The notes beneath the pieces are model-generated. The model ran no database searches, had not been told where the DNA came from, and saw only the letters and a program-made list of their open reading frames with translations. From the NCBI GenBank assembly GCA_041497195.1, contig JBGQGB010000002.1:44140-108139 (forward strand): a DNA stretch of 64,000 bases, read 5' to 3'. A program made the position numbers and the translations under genes. Of this stretch, positions 54,478 to 64,000 are shown one piece after another (position 1 is the first letter of the stretch; the number at the start of each line of letters is the position of its first letter). This stretch comes from Candidatus Doudnabacteria bacterium. Its GTDB lineage: Bacteria; Patescibacteriota; Doudnabacteria; UBA920; 2-01-FULL-46-14.

Positions 54478-55899
54478 ATGCTGCAAAGAATAGGGCGAAA
54501 CGTTTTTTCGCTGGGCATCTCAAGAATTATTTCCGGAATAATTCTTTTTGTTGTTTATACCCGGTTGGTGGCGTACCTGGGGCCGCACCAGTATGGCAAA
54601 TACGCTTTGGTGCTGGCGTACTATACGATTTTTACTTTGATCATGGATTTGGGCATTTCCAAATTCGTGACCAAAAAAGTCAGCGAAGAAAAAGCTGCGG
54701 CGAGTACTTACGTGGGCAATTATTTAATGCTGCAGCTTTTGATTTCCCTGGTGGTTTTCGGCGCCTGCGTCGTTATCCCGAAAATTTTCGGCTATGACCA
54801 GGACGTGGCGCGCTCGATGTTGCTCATTGGTATTGGCCTGGTGATTTATTCGGCCAGTCTGCCTTTCACGTCTGTTGTGCAGGCCTGGCAGCGCCTAGAC
54901 GTAGTGGCAGGCATCACTTTTGTGACCAGCCTCCTCAATTCCATCTGGCTGGCGCTGGCGATTTTTCTCAAGCAAGACGTGGTGTTTATTTTTTGGGTGT
55001 ATGTCGGAGTTGGCGCAGTCAATACTCTGTTTTACGTGTGGGCGTCGCGCAAGATGGCGCGGCCGCGCCTGGGCTGGCAAGGTAACATCATCAAAGAGTT
55101 GTTTGTGTTCGGGCCGCCGTTCGTACTGATTTCCGGATTTGAAGTGCTCATTCAGAAGGTTGATTCCATCATCCAGAAATTTTTTCTGCCCTTTGCCCAG
55201 ATCGGCCAGTACTCGGCCGCTTACCGCTTCCTCGATTTTTTGACCTTTATCCCGGCCGTGGTCGCCCTGACCATGTTTCCGTTTCTGGCGGAAGCGCGGG
55301 ACCTCAAACGCAGCGACATTGAGCCGATCCTGAGCCGGTTCAATCGCTACCTGATGGTTTTTGCCGTGCCCATCGGGGTCGGCGGGTCGGTGCTATCCAC
55401 CCGCCTCATCACTGCGCTGTTTGGCCGGGAGTATTTACCGGCCGCCTTGCCGTTTGCGATTTTGATTTGGGCCGCGGTCCTGACTTTTATTTACGCTGTC
55501 CCTAATGTCATCATGCTGGTCAAGCGGACGCGGCAAATGATCGCGGTTTTGGGCGTGACCACGCTGTTCAATGCGCTGGCTAACTGGTTTTTTATTCCCA
55601 TCTACGGTATTGTTGGTTCAGCCTGGATCACTGTCATTTCTTACGTTTTGGTGGCCGGCTGCTACATCTATCTGGCCCACCGCGAGTCGTATTTCAAACT
55701 GTTTCGCTACTTTTGGTGGCCAGTGGTAGCGTCCACTCTCATGGGTTTGGTGGCCACGCGTTTCAGTTTCCTGAATATTTTTGCTTTGGTGGGTTTGTCC
55801 GCCGCCGTATATTTTGTCATTCTGATCGCGGTCGGATTTTTGCAGAAAGAAGATTTGGTTTTTCTAGCCTCCATTTTTCGCAAGGAGCCGGGCGCATGA
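54478..55899 (+). CDS. wzx: Oligosaccharide flippase (Wzx / polysaccharide biosynthesis protein, MOP superfamily)
   Basis: About 12-14 TM helices with the typical Wzx architecture. Confidence 0.6.
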   Translation: MLQRIGRNVFSLGISRIISGIILFVVYTRLVAYLGPHQYGKYALVLAYYTIFTLIMDLGISKFVTKKVSEEKAAASTYVGNYLMLQLLISLVVFGACVVIPKIFGYDQDVARSMLLIGIGLVIYSASLPFTSVVQAWQRLDVVAGITFVTSLLNSIWLALAIFLKQDVVFIFWVYVGVGAVNTLFYVWASRKMARPRLGWQGNIIKELFVFGPPFVLISGFEVLIQKVDSIIQKFFLPFAQIGQYSAAYRFLDFLTFIPAVVALTMFPFLAEARDLKRSDIEPILSRFNRYLMVFAVPIGVGGSVLSTRLITALFGREYLPAALPFAILIWAAVLTFIYAVPNVIMLVKRTRQMIAVLGVTTLFNALANWFFIPIYGIVGSAWITVISYVLVAGCYIYLAHRESYFKLFRYFWWPVVASTLMGLVATRFSFLNIFALVGLSAAVYFVILIAVGFLQKEDLVFLASIFRKEPGA

Positions 55900-56771
55900 A
55901 ACTTTCAATTCTCATCGTCAGCTGGAATACCAAAGCGCTCACCCTCAAATGCGTGGAGTCGATTTTTGCCCATGCTCCCGATGCTTCGTATGAGGTCGTG
56001 ATTGTCGACAATGCGTCCGAGGACGGCAGTGCCGCCGCCCTCAGGGAGCGTTTCGGCCAATCTCCGAATTTGCAGATAATCGAATCGCCGGACAATCTCG
56101 GCTTCGCCCGGGGCAACAACCTCGCTTTCGCCCACTCGACCGGCGAGCTGGTTTTTTTGCTCAATCCGGATACGGAGATTCGGGAGGACGCGCTGCGGAA
56201 ACTGATGGAATATATGGAGGCGCATCCCCAGGTGGGCATCGTGGGCCCGCGCCTCCTCAATGCGGACGGCAGCCTGCAGCCCTCAGTGCGCCGCTTCCCG
56301 AGGCTTTGGTCTTCGTTACTGGTTTTTTCCGGACTGCACCGCCTGTTCCGGCCGTACCGGTATCTCATGGATGATTTTGATTATGCCAAAGAGCGGGAGG
56401 TGGAGCAGGTCATGGGCGCGGCTCTGCTGACCCGCCGCAGCATCATAGAAAACTTAGGATTTTTGGATGAGAAGTTTTGGTTGTGGTACGAAGAGGTCGA
56501 TTTTTGCAAACGCGTGCAGTCAGCCGGGTATCAGATTCGCTATTACCCCGGGGCTAGTGTGGTGCATTTGGGGGCGCAGAGTTTTTCGCAGCTTCAGGTT
56601 TACGCGCGCAAACGCACCGTGGCGAAGAGTCTCAAGTATTACTTTCGCAAAAACGGCAGTTTTTGGGACGTACTGATGATTGAACTCGCTATGCCGGTCG
56701 TGCTGTTTGCCGCCTGGCTCGTCGACCTCTCCCAGAAAATGTCTAGCTTCAGGAGCCACCCCCATGTTTAA
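55895..56771 (+). CDS. GT2 glycosyltransferase
   Basis: LSILIVSWNTKALTLKCVESI...VVIVDNASEDGS. ATGA start/stop overlap with wzx. Confidence 0.75.
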
Positions 56772-58188
56772 AAAAGCGTTCTTCCTCATGCTGGTTGTCG
56801 AAGCCGCGTCCCTGGCAGCATTCGTCTACCCGCAGCTCAGCGCGTTGGTATTTGCCGCAGCCGCAGTCGCTGCTTTTGTCATCGCTTTCAAAAATTTGGA
56901 GTGGGGGATTTACCTGCTGTTCGGCGAATTGTTTTTCGGCAGCCGCGGGCATCTGCTCGATTACAAAATCGGCCCCATGCTCATCTCCGTGCGCGAAGTG
57001 ATTTTTGTGGCGGTCTTTCTGGCGTGGGCATACGCTTTGCTGCGGCAAAAAGAATGGAATTACAAAACTTATTTGGCCAAATTTGGCTGGCAATATTGGC
57101 TGCTCCTGGCAGTGGTGTTCGCGGCTATTTTGCACGGCCTTCTTGCTCACAACGGCACTGGCAATGTGGTGGCTGACGCGACCGCTTATCTCTTTTTGGG
57201 CATTGTCCCCGCGGTCTGGAGCACTGTCAGGAGCCGGCAGCAGCTCGAAAATTTATTGCGAATTTTGGCCGCGGCTCTCATCGTCATAACCCTGAAGACC
57301 TTGTTGCTGTTCATCTGGTTCAGTTTCGCCCTGGGCGGAGTCGCCACCCTCTATCACTGGGTGTTGAGTCAGAACATCGGGGAAATCACAGGCGAGGTCG
57401 GTACGCCGTCGCGAGTGTTTCTGCCGAGCCAGTTTTACGCTCTGGTCGGCTTGTTTATTTTTGCGTTTGCTTCGGAGAAAAAAAATTGGTGGGTGATCGC
57501 TGCGGCGATACTGGCGGTGATTTTGAGCTTGTCGCGAAGCTTCTGGCTGGGCGGTATAGTGGCAGCAGCTTTTGCCGCAGGCGTTTTTTTGTTTTTCAAT
57601 CTACAGGAGTGGTGGAGATTCATGAAGCTGGGCGGGGTGATCGTTTTGATCGCTGTTTTGGAATTGGCAGGTTTGTTCGCGCTCACCAGGCTCGGCGGAG
57701 GGCAGCTCACGGGGACTATCAGCAATCGCATCAATGCTCCGAGTCAGGACGCGGCCGGGAGTGCGCGTCTGTTTTTGCTCCCGGAACTACTCCAGAATAT
57801 TCAAAAAGCGCCGCTGCTGGGCCAGGGCCTCGGCTATGAAGTCACCTACACCAGTTTTTTGCCTGACAAAATCACGCCCTCAAATCCGCAAGGGCAGATC
57901 ACGAATTACCGGTTTGAGTGGGGTTATCTGGATTTGTGGCTGAAACTCGGATTTTTGGGTTTGGTGGTTTATCTGTTGTTTATTGCGCGGATTTTTCAGC
58001 GCGGCTGGAAGTTGCTCGCCGCAGTCCCGTCGGCTTTTGGGCTGTCGCTTGGGTTTTTGTGCGGCCTGGTGGCAATGCTTATTCTCAATCTGACCACGCC
58101 TTATCTCAATCATCCGCTAGGGGTCGGGTTTTTGATTTTGGCCGGCGTGTTTTTTTCCGCAGACGCGGCGGAGGGCCGACCATCATGA
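56764..58188 (+). CDS. O-antigen ligase / Wzy-like polytopic membrane protein
   Basis: At least 10 TM helices plus a large periplasmic loop. Its position inside the glycan locus supports the call. Confidence 0.5.
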   Translation: MFKKAFFLMLVVEAASLAAFVYPQLSALVFAAAAVAAFVIAFKNLEWGIYLLFGELFFGSRGHLLDYKIGPMLISVREVIFVAVFLAWAYALLRQKEWNYKTYLAKFGWQYWLLLAVVFAAILHGLLAHNGTGNVVADATAYLFLGIVPAVWSTVRSRQQLENLLRILAAALIVITLKTLLLFIWFSFALGGVATLYHWVLSQNIGEITGEVGTPSRVFLPSQFYALVGLFIFAFASEKKNWWVIAAAILAVILSLSRSFWLGGIVAAAFAAGVFLFFNLQEWWRFMKLGGVIVLIAVLELAGLFALTRLGGGQLTGTISNRINAPSQDAAGSARLFLLPELLQNIQKAPLLGQGLGYEVTYTSFLPDKITPSNPQGQITNYRFEWGYLDLWLKLGFLGLVVYLLFIARIFQRGWKLLAAVPSAFGLSLGFLCGLVAMLILNLTTPYLNHPLGVGFLILAGVFFSADAAEGRPS

Positions 58189-59207
58189 AGCCGCTCGTCA
58201 GTATCGTCATCCAAAGCTACAACAGCAAACGGTACATTGAAAAATGCATGACCGGAGTGTTGCATCAAGATTACGCGAATGTGGAAACTTTGCTCATTAT
58301 CAACGGGTCCACGGACGGTTCGCTTGAATTCATAAAAAATCACTACGGCAAGCTGAAGAAGGTCCATATCTTGGAACCCGGGGAAAACTTGTTTTTCAGC
58401 CGCGGCAACAATTACGGGATCGAACACTCCGCGGGCAAGTACATTTTGGGCCTCAATCAGGATACGGTGATGGAGCCAAAGTTTGTCAGCCAGCTTGTCG
58501 CCGCACTCGAGGAGGACGCGAGTCTCGGCTCAGTGTCGGGCAAGCTCCTCCACTATGATTTCAATATTTACTCCAAGACAAAGATTTTGGACAGTACCGG
58601 GCTCGAGATGTTTAAAACCAGGCGCGTCATTGATCGGGGCCAGTGGGAACTCGACAAGGGCCAATACGACAAGGATACGGAAATTTTTGGCGCCTCGGGG
58701 GCCGCGGCCATGTACCGGCGCTCGGCTCTGGAAGAAACGAAAATTCCCAAAAAAAGCGGCGGATACGAATACTTTGATGAAGATTTTGGCGCATACAAAG
58801 AAGACGTAGATCTGTCCTGGCGCTTGCAGATTTACGGCTATCGATGCCGGTACATCCCCGGGGCCGTCCTCTATCACGGCCGTACTATCGGCCGGTCGTG
58901 GCCGACCCAGGTCATCAATTTTGTCATCAATCGGATGCGGCAGTCGCGCCAGATCCGGAAGCTGTCTTTCAAAAATCACTATCTGATGATGGTGAAAAAT
59001 GAAATACCCCGTTTGTTCTGGCGACAATTTCTGTATATCCTCGGCCGCGAGATTTTGCTTCTGATTTATACCGTGCTGTTTGAGCAGTTTCAGGTCTACG
59101 CGATAGGGGATTTTTTCAAACAGTTGCCCGAGGCTAAGCGCAAAAGACAGCTAATCATGCCTCATGCCAAAGCAGATTCTCAGCGATTGCGAAAAATTTT
59201 TCACTGA
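58185..59207 (+). CDS. GT2 glycosyltransferase
   Basis: VSIVIQSYNSKRYIEKCMTGVLHQ...LLIINGSTDGS. ATGA overlap with the upstream gene. Confidence 0.75.
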   Translation: MKPLVSIVIQSYNSKRYIEKCMTGVLHQDYANVETLLIINGSTDGSLEFIKNHYGKLKKVHILEPGENLFFSRGNNYGIEHSAGKYILGLNQDTVMEPKFVSQLVAALEEDASLGSVSGKLLHYDFNIYSKTKILDSTGLEMFKTRRVIDRGQWELDKGQYDKDTEIFGASGAAAMYRRSALEETKIPKKSGGYEYFDEDFGAYKEDVDLSWRLQIYGYRCRYIPGAVLYHGRTIGRSWPTQVINFVINRMRQSRQIRKLSFKNHYLMMVKNEIPRLFWRQFLYILGREILLLIYTVLFEQFQVYAIGDFFKQLPEAKRKRQLIMPHAKADSQRLRKIFH

Positions 59208-59218
59208 TACCTTGGAAT

Positions 59219-60094
59219 ATGGACCTATCCATCATCATCGTCAGCTACAATACCAAGGACAAACTGCAGATGACCCTGCAGTCCGTGTTTCAGTTTGCCC
59301 CTGTGGTATCTTATGAAGTCTTTGTGGTGGACAACAACAGCCAGGACGGGTCGGCGGAGATGGTTCGGACGTGGTTCCCGCAGGTCAAGCTGACCGTGAA
59401 TCGGAAGAATCTCGGTTTTGCCAAAGCCAACAACCAGGCTATCAAACAGTCAGCCGGGACATATCTTCTGCTTCTCAATTCGGACGTCGAGGTCGAAGCC
59501 GGGAGCTTTGACAAGACCGTGGAATACATGAATAATAATCCTACGGTAGGAATCTTGGGGTGCAGAGTCGTCAAGCCGGATGGGACGCTTGATCTGGCCT
59601 GTCGCAGAAGTTTTCCCACGCCGATGAACTCGCTTTATCTTTTCACCGGTTTGTCCGCGCTGTTCCCGAAAAGCCGGTTTGCTTCTTACAATCTGACCTA
59701 TTTGCCGGAAGACCAAATCGCGGAAGTAGACAGCGTGATGGGTGCTTTTTTGCTCATCAGGCGGGGGGCAGTAGATAAGGTCGGCACCTTAGATGAAGAT
59801 TTTTTCATGTACGGAGAGGACATTGACTGGTGCTACCGGGTGAAGATGGCCGGCTACAAAGTCATGTACGTGCCAATCACCAGGGTGGTTCATTACAAAG
59901 GTTCTTCGTCACGGAAGGCCTCCCGCAGGTCTTTGTATGAGTTTCATCGGGCCATGGTTTTGTTCTACGACAAACATTATCGCGGCAACTATAATTTTTT
60001 GGTGACCGCGTTCGTCCGGTTTGGCGTCTGGCTGAGATATGGCTTCAAAGTAATACAAAACAGCCTCCGGCGGGAAAAATACGTCAGCAAGTAG
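59219..60094 (+). CDS. GT2 glycosyltransferase
   Basis: LSIIIVSYNTKDKLQMTLQSV...VFVVDNNSQDGS. Confidence 0.75.
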   Translation: MDLSIIIVSYNTKDKLQMTLQSVFQFAPVVSYEVFVVDNNSQDGSAEMVRTWFPQVKLTVNRKNLGFAKANNQAIKQSAGTYLLLLNSDVEVEAGSFDKTVEYMNNNPTVGILGCRVVKPDGTLDLACRRSFPTPMNSLYLFTGLSALFPKSRFASYNLTYLPEDQIAEVDSVMGAFLLIRRGAVDKVGTLDEDFFMYGEDIDWCYRVKMAGYKVMYVPITRVVHYKGSSSRKASRRSLYEFHRAMVLFYDKHYRGNYNFLVTAFVRFGVWLRYGFKVIQNSLRREKYVSK

Positions 60095-60106
60095 TTAAAT
60101 TTTGAA

Positions 60107-61360
60107 ATGGAAATACGAACTTCGGAAATCAACCCAGGAAGTTTCAAGCCAGGTAGTTACAAAAAGATCTACCTCGCGTTTTTATTGGCGATAGTTTTTG
60201 TCTTGGGCGTCCAGTTCGGCCGCGCTGGTTATGCGGAACCCGGGAAGCTCGCTCAGGTCTTTCTGGACCAGAACCGGCAAAACGCGCCCAAGGACGTCAA
60301 CTGGCAGCTGCTGTGGGACGCCATTGATCAGGTCAAGCAAAAATACGTGACCCAGCCCCTGGACATGCAGAAGGTTCTCTACGGCGCCGTCAGCGGGGCG
60401 GTGGCGTCGCTGGGTGATCCCTACACGGTATTTTTGCCGCCCCAGGAGGCCAAAAATTTTCAGGATCAACTCAAAGGGGATTTCGAGGGGATCGGCGCGG
60501 AGATTGCGGTCAAAAATCAGCAGCTGGTCGTAGTCAGTCCGATTGACGGTTCGCCCGCGCAGAAAGCGGGCCTGAAGTCAGGAGACTATATCTACAAAGT
60601 GGATGGCCAGGACACTTCGGAACTGACTCTGGATGAGGCGGTCAGCAAGATCCGCGGGCCGGCGGGGACGCAGGTGGATTTGCAGGTTTTCCACAAAGGC
60701 AACACCAAGCCGACCGAGTTCAAGATTACCAGGCAGAAGATCGAGATCAAAAGTGTCAGCTATGAAATCAAGCAGGCCAACGGGAAGAAGATTGGTTATA
60801 TGAAATTGCAGAGGTTCGGCGACGATACCAGCGGTTTGGTGCAGCAGGCTGTTTCGAATTTTTTGGTCAACAACGTCAACGGCGTTATCGTGGATCTGCG
60901 CGACGACCCGGGCGGGTATCTGGAAACAGCCGTGGATGTCGCGAGCAATTGGATACCCGAGGGTCAGACCGTGGTCATTCAGAAATACGGGGACGGGACG
61001 CAGCAAATCTATCCGGCCAAGGGCACGAATCGTCTGGGCAGCATCCCCACTGTCGTTTTGATAAACGGCGGCAGCGCTTCTGCGTCCGAGATTTTGTCCG
61101 GCGCGCTGCAGGATCACAATCTGGCGAAGCTAGTGGGGGAGAAGAGCTTCGGCAAAGGCTCGGTCCAGCAGCTGTTTGATTTGCGCGACAGCGCCCAGGT
61201 CAAAGTCACCATCGCCAAATGGCTCACTCCCAAAGGACATGATCTCAACAAAGAAGGCCTGGAGCCGGATGTAAAAATCACCATGACAGACGACGACTTC
61301 CAGAATGGCCGCGACCCGCAGCTGGATAAAACCCTCGAGATCTTGGCGCCAAAGTCTTAA
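60107..61360 (+). CDS. ctpA: Carboxyl-terminal processing protease (S41) with PDZ domain
   Basis: PDZ GLKSGDYIYKVDG. Catalytic Ser/Lys region GGSASASEILSGAL...GKGSVQ. Confidence 0.8.
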   Translation: MEIRTSEINPGSFKPGSYKKIYLAFLLAIVFVLGVQFGRAGYAEPGKLAQVFLDQNRQNAPKDVNWQLLWDAIDQVKQKYVTQPLDMQKVLYGAVSGAVASLGDPYTVFLPPQEAKNFQDQLKGDFEGIGAEIAVKNQQLVVVSPIDGSPAQKAGLKSGDYIYKVDGQDTSELTLDEAVSKIRGPAGTQVDLQVFHKGNTKPTEFKITRQKIEIKSVSYEIKQANGKKIGYMKLQRFGDDTSGLVQQAVSNFLVNNVNGVIVDLRDDPGGYLETAVDVASNWIPEGQTVVIQKYGDGTQQIYPAKGTNRLGSIPTVVLINGGSASASEILSGALQDHNLAKLVGEKSFGKGSVQQLFDLRDSAQVKVTIAKWLTPKGHDLNKEGLEPDVKITMTDDDFQNGRDPQLDKTLEILAPKS

Positions 61361-61370
61361 AACAGACAGA

Positions 61371-61410
61371 TGCGGCCGTCCCCCCCCCCGGGGGGGGGGA
61401 CGGCTTTTTG
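61371..61410 (+). terminator. Very strong intrinsic terminator: GCCGT-C10 / G10-ACGGC perfect palindrome followed by TTTTT
   Basis: Seen directly. It contains a C10/G10 homopolymer pair. Confidence 0.8.
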
Positions 61411-61523
61411 TATTGACGAAATCCCGAGGATAAGCTATGTTTAGCTGTCTTCAGAACTTTGGGGACCCCGAGCCTCGGGAAGGGGCAAATCGAAAATTCG
61501 GGCAAAAAGCCTGAGGAGGATTT

Positions 61524-62555
61524 ATGAACTTCGGAGATTTGATGATTAATCAACTCGTTGGTCTTGCTGGATTACTGAATGGCGCTAGCGGCGTTAGTAC
61601 AATCTTGGCAGACAAGAGTGGTCTCGACACAGCCAAATACGGCTGGATGACACTGGGGCAGTTTGAAGCCCTCGGGAATTGCTTAGGGGGCGAAGAAGTT
61701 ATTCGTGGATTGCTCTACGACACACTCGTGGTAGTCCGAGTGGGCAAGACGGTAGAGATCCGGGAGGCCGAGAGGACTCTTTTCGACCGCAACGGTCGGC
61801 GCATTCCGCCTCGCGGAATGCAGGCTGCTGTCGAGGACGCAAACCCCAACCTATCCCTCACCCTGCCGCAACTGAACTTGGGTGCATATTCCCAAGTTTT
61901 TGATCGCATCCAGAAGCATCTGCGTGCCAGGCCAACTATAACTCTTGCAGAGTTTATTGGGCGCAGCGATGCCATCCTGCGTACTCTGCAAGTCAACGAT
62001 CAGCTCAAGAAAGTGCTCAACGGCGGCTATCTGCCGTTTTGGCTGCCAAAGATGAAAGTGAGTGATTACGGACAGGTGCTGGATGAAGTATTCCTGCTCG
62101 CGGTCGAGCGCTCTTACAAGGAACAGTTCCCCACGCGGCCGTTCGAGAATTACTTCAAGAAGGGCCAACTCAAAGGGGAGGTCACGCTCTTTCCCGGCAG
62201 CCGCCACGAGAAGCTCGTCGAAGCGATGACCCAAGGGGATGTGGTCGGCGTTTACTTTCCCAACTGCTTGTTGGGGTATAGCGTTGATGCTCTACGCGCG
62301 CAGATAGATAGCCTTCCCGAGCAGTTCCTGCTCGCGGGCGGGCTTGATGTTTGTGCCGCAATGATCGCTTACCCTGACGTACTGGCTGAGGGCAGTAAAC
62401 TCCTGCGCTCCTGGTTGCCCGCACTCTTACCAGGGCAGAGCGTACTGGATTGCTTTAACTTCGGCGTCCGCTGCGACTCCCTCTACTTCGGCAAAAGGTT
62501 CTCTTACGGCTCTGTCCACAGTTATTACTCTGGTGGGCTGGTCGTTCTGGGGTAG
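61524..62555 (+). CDS. Hypothetical protein (343 aa), a monocistronic unit between two strong terminators
   Basis: RBS GAGGAGG before the ATG. No recognisable motif. Confidence 0.5.
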   Translation: MNFGDLMINQLVGLAGLLNGASGVSTILADKSGLDTAKYGWMTLGQFEALGNCLGGEEVIRGLLYDTLVVVRVGKTVEIREAERTLFDRNGRRIPPRGMQAAVEDANPNLSLTLPQLNLGAYSQVFDRIQKHLRARPTITLAEFIGRSDAILRTLQVNDQLKKVLNGGYLPFWLPKMKVSDYGQVLDEVFLLAVERSYKEQFPTRPFENYFKKGQLKGEVTLFPGSRHEKLVEAMTQGDVVGVYFPNCLLGYSVDALRAQIDSLPEQFLLAGGLDVCAAMIAYPDVLAEGSKLLRSWLPALLPGQSVLDCFNFGVRCDSLYFGKRFSYGSVHSYYSGGLVVLG

Positions 62556-62573
62556 TCTCGGGTTTCGGGTTTT

Positions 62574-62630
62574 TGATTTCGGCGGGGGCGATATGCGTAG
62601 CATGTTTGTCCCCGCCTTTTTTATTCTCCT
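62574..62630 (+). terminator. Compound hairpin (GGCGGGG...CCCCGCC with an inner ATGC-GTA-GCAT) followed by TTTTTT
   Basis: Seen directly. Confidence 0.55.
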
Positions 62631-62798
62631 TCGCCAGAGTACCTTGCCGCTTGCGGCGAGGGTGAATGGCGGGGAGAACACTTCCGTAGCTCAAAGAGCA
62701 AAGGAGGGTTGGCTTCGGAAGAATTTCGATACCACACCGCTTGCGTGTGGTTTTTCATTTGCCCGCAGCGCGGAATTCTGGTTTAATTAGGCTACTTC

Positions 62799-64000
62799 AT
62801 GACAGCCCAGGACATTCGCAGAAAATATTTGGAGTTTTTCAAACAACACGGCCATACAGTGATTCCGTCCGCGTCTTTGGTGCCGGAAAATGACCCGACC
62901 GTGCTTTTTACGACAGCCGGCATGCACCCGTTGGTGCCGTATCTGCTGGGCCAGACTCACCCGGGTGGCAAGCGCCTGGTCAATTTTCAGAAATCCCTGC
63001 GCACGGATGATATCGATGAAGTCGGGGATAGCGTGCACAATACATTTTTTGAAATGCTCGGCAATTGGTCTCTCGGCGATTATTGGAAAGACGACTCCAT
63101 CAAATGGTCGTATGAATTTTTGACTGGCAAAAAATGGCTCGGCCTCGACACGGCCAAACTAGCAGTAAGCGTTTTCACCGGCGACGCTGCCGCCCCGCGG
63201 GACGAGGAGAGTGCGAAAATCTGGAAATCCCTCGGAATCGGGGACCAACGCATCGCCTACCTTGGGAAGAAGGATAACTGGTGGGGCCCGCCCGGGGTAA
63301 CAGGTCCATGCGGACCGGACACGGAAATGTTTTTTTGGACCGGGACAGGGGACGGCCCGGAAAACTTTCAAGAAACTCATGACGATCCGCTATGGGTAGA
63401 GGTTTGGAATAATGTCTTCATGGAGTATGACAAACAGGCAGATGGCCGTTTTTTGCCGCTGAAGCAAAGAAATGTGGATACGGGCATGGGATTGGAGCGG
63501 ATGACTGCTGTTATGGAGGGCAAGCAAACGATCTATGATACGGAATTGTTTCTGCCGATTTTGGAAAAAATCAGGAGCTTGGCGAAAAAACGCGATGAGC
63601 GCTCGGAGCGAATTGTCGCCGACCATCTCAAGGCCGCGACATTTATCATCGCTGACGGCGTGGTGCCGTCCAATAAAGATCGCGGGTATATACTTCGTCG
63701 GTTGATCAGGCGAGCCGTGCGCTACGGACAATTTCTCGGGATTGAACAGGAATTTTGCACTGAGGTGGCGGCCGTCGTGATTCATCATTTTGAATCAGTT
63801 TACCCGGAGCTGAGGCGGCACGAAGAAAAAATCGTGGACGAACTCGCGCGCGAAGATTTGAAATTCAGAAAGACTTTGACGAAAGGCCTCAAGGAATTCG
63901 AAAAGATGGGACAGATTGACGGCAAAAAGGCTTTTGATCTCTTTCAGACCTATGGATTTCCTTGGGAGCTGACTGAGGAGTTGGCAGAAGCACGCGGCCA
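62799..64000 (+). CDS. alaS: Alanine--tRNA ligase, N-terminal part (the 3' end lies outside the window). Not in the ORF track because no stop falls inside the window.
   Basis: Hand translation gives MTAQDIRRKYLEFFKQHGHTVIPSASLVPENDPTVLFTTAGM...FEMLGNWSLGDYWK, the class II AlaRS N-terminus. Confidence 0.85.
   Translation, partial: MTAQDIRRKYLEFFKQHGHTVIPSASLVPENDPTVLFTTAGMHPLVPYLLGQTHPGGKRLVNFQKSLRTDDIDEVGDSVHNTFFEMLGNWSLGDYWKDDSIKWSYEFLTGKKWLGLDTAKLAVSVFTGDAAAPRDEESAKIWKSLGIGDQRIAYLGKKDNWWGPPGVTGPCGPDTEMFFWTGTGDGPENFQETHDDPLWVEVWNNVFMEYDKQADGRFLPLKQRNVDTGMGLERMTAVMEGKQTIYDTELFLPILEKIRSLAKKRDERSERIVADHLKAATFIIADGVVPSNKDRGYILRRLIRRAVRYGQFLGIEQEFCTEVAAVVIHHFESVYPELRRHEEKIVDELAREDLKFRKTLTKGLKEFEKMGQIDGKKAFDLFQTYGFPWELTEELAEARG

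Noticed and set aside
62640-62798. Possible T-box leader upstream of alaS (AGGGTGAATGGCGG resembles the T-box AGGGTGGNACCGCG)
   Set aside because: Only the first half matches. No specifier or antiterminator architecture could be built by eye. Left as an unstructured leader with a small hairpin plus T5 at 62735-62760.
1-64000. CRISPR arrays, rRNA genes, reverse transcriptase/DGR or retron elements, integrase or transposase genes
   Set aside because: No intergenic region is longer than about 640 bp. None shows regularly spaced direct repeats. No RT (YxDD), integrase or transposase motifs were seen in any frame.

Overview
This is a 64-kb bacterial chromosomal fragment at about 55% GC. Its gene content looks like a small-genome, Patescibacteria/CPR-like organism: a GAD-less AspRS, stand-alone GIY-YIG and four-helix-bundle genes, and many glycosyltransferases. 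That lineage assignment is an inference, not something the sequence proves.

The window is densely coding and mostly conserved housekeeping and cell-envelope genes:
- cfa fragment (5' truncated)
- two peptidoglycan lytic transglycosylases
- engB, scpA/scpB, ybaK, aspS, rarA, msrA, rlmI-like, lgt, ahcY
- dTDP-rhamnose genes rmlC/rmlB/rmlD/rmlA embedded in a long same-strand operon with a PfkB kinase, HIT and NUDIX genes
- a sugar module: GH1 beta-glucosidase, a clan-A glycoside hydrolase and a ROK kinase
- an envelope-glycan locus: galE, AKR, five GT2 genes, a Wzx flippase, a Wzy/O-antigen-ligase-like gene and ctpA
- the 5' part of alaS at the window end

One tRNA-Glu(CUC) lies on the minus strand at 8823-8897.

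Regions worth a second look:
- 39.7-47.0 kb: a sortase-fold gene whose nucleophile Cys is replaced by Ser, followed by secreted proteins and two tandem DUF11 surface proteins, one with a sorting-signal-like tail.
- 49.9-53.8 kb: a secreted subtilase and a neighbouring protein that share tandem ~55-aa repeats.
- 7.7-8.9 kb: an AT-rich island next to the tRNA holding a NUDIX gene, a possible HEPN (Rx4H) protein and a GIY-YIG nuclease.
- 47.06-47.22 kb: GalE carries an N-terminal Phd/YefM-like extension.
- Homopolymer frameshifts split cfa and an alkD-like gene. Together with a run-on MltB tail, they suggest homopolymer errors in the assembly rather than real pseudogenes.
- Small selfish-type genes (GIY-YIG, four-helix-bundle, a NYN remnant) sit in AT-rich patches.

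No CRISPR array, no rRNA and no reverse transcriptase were seen.
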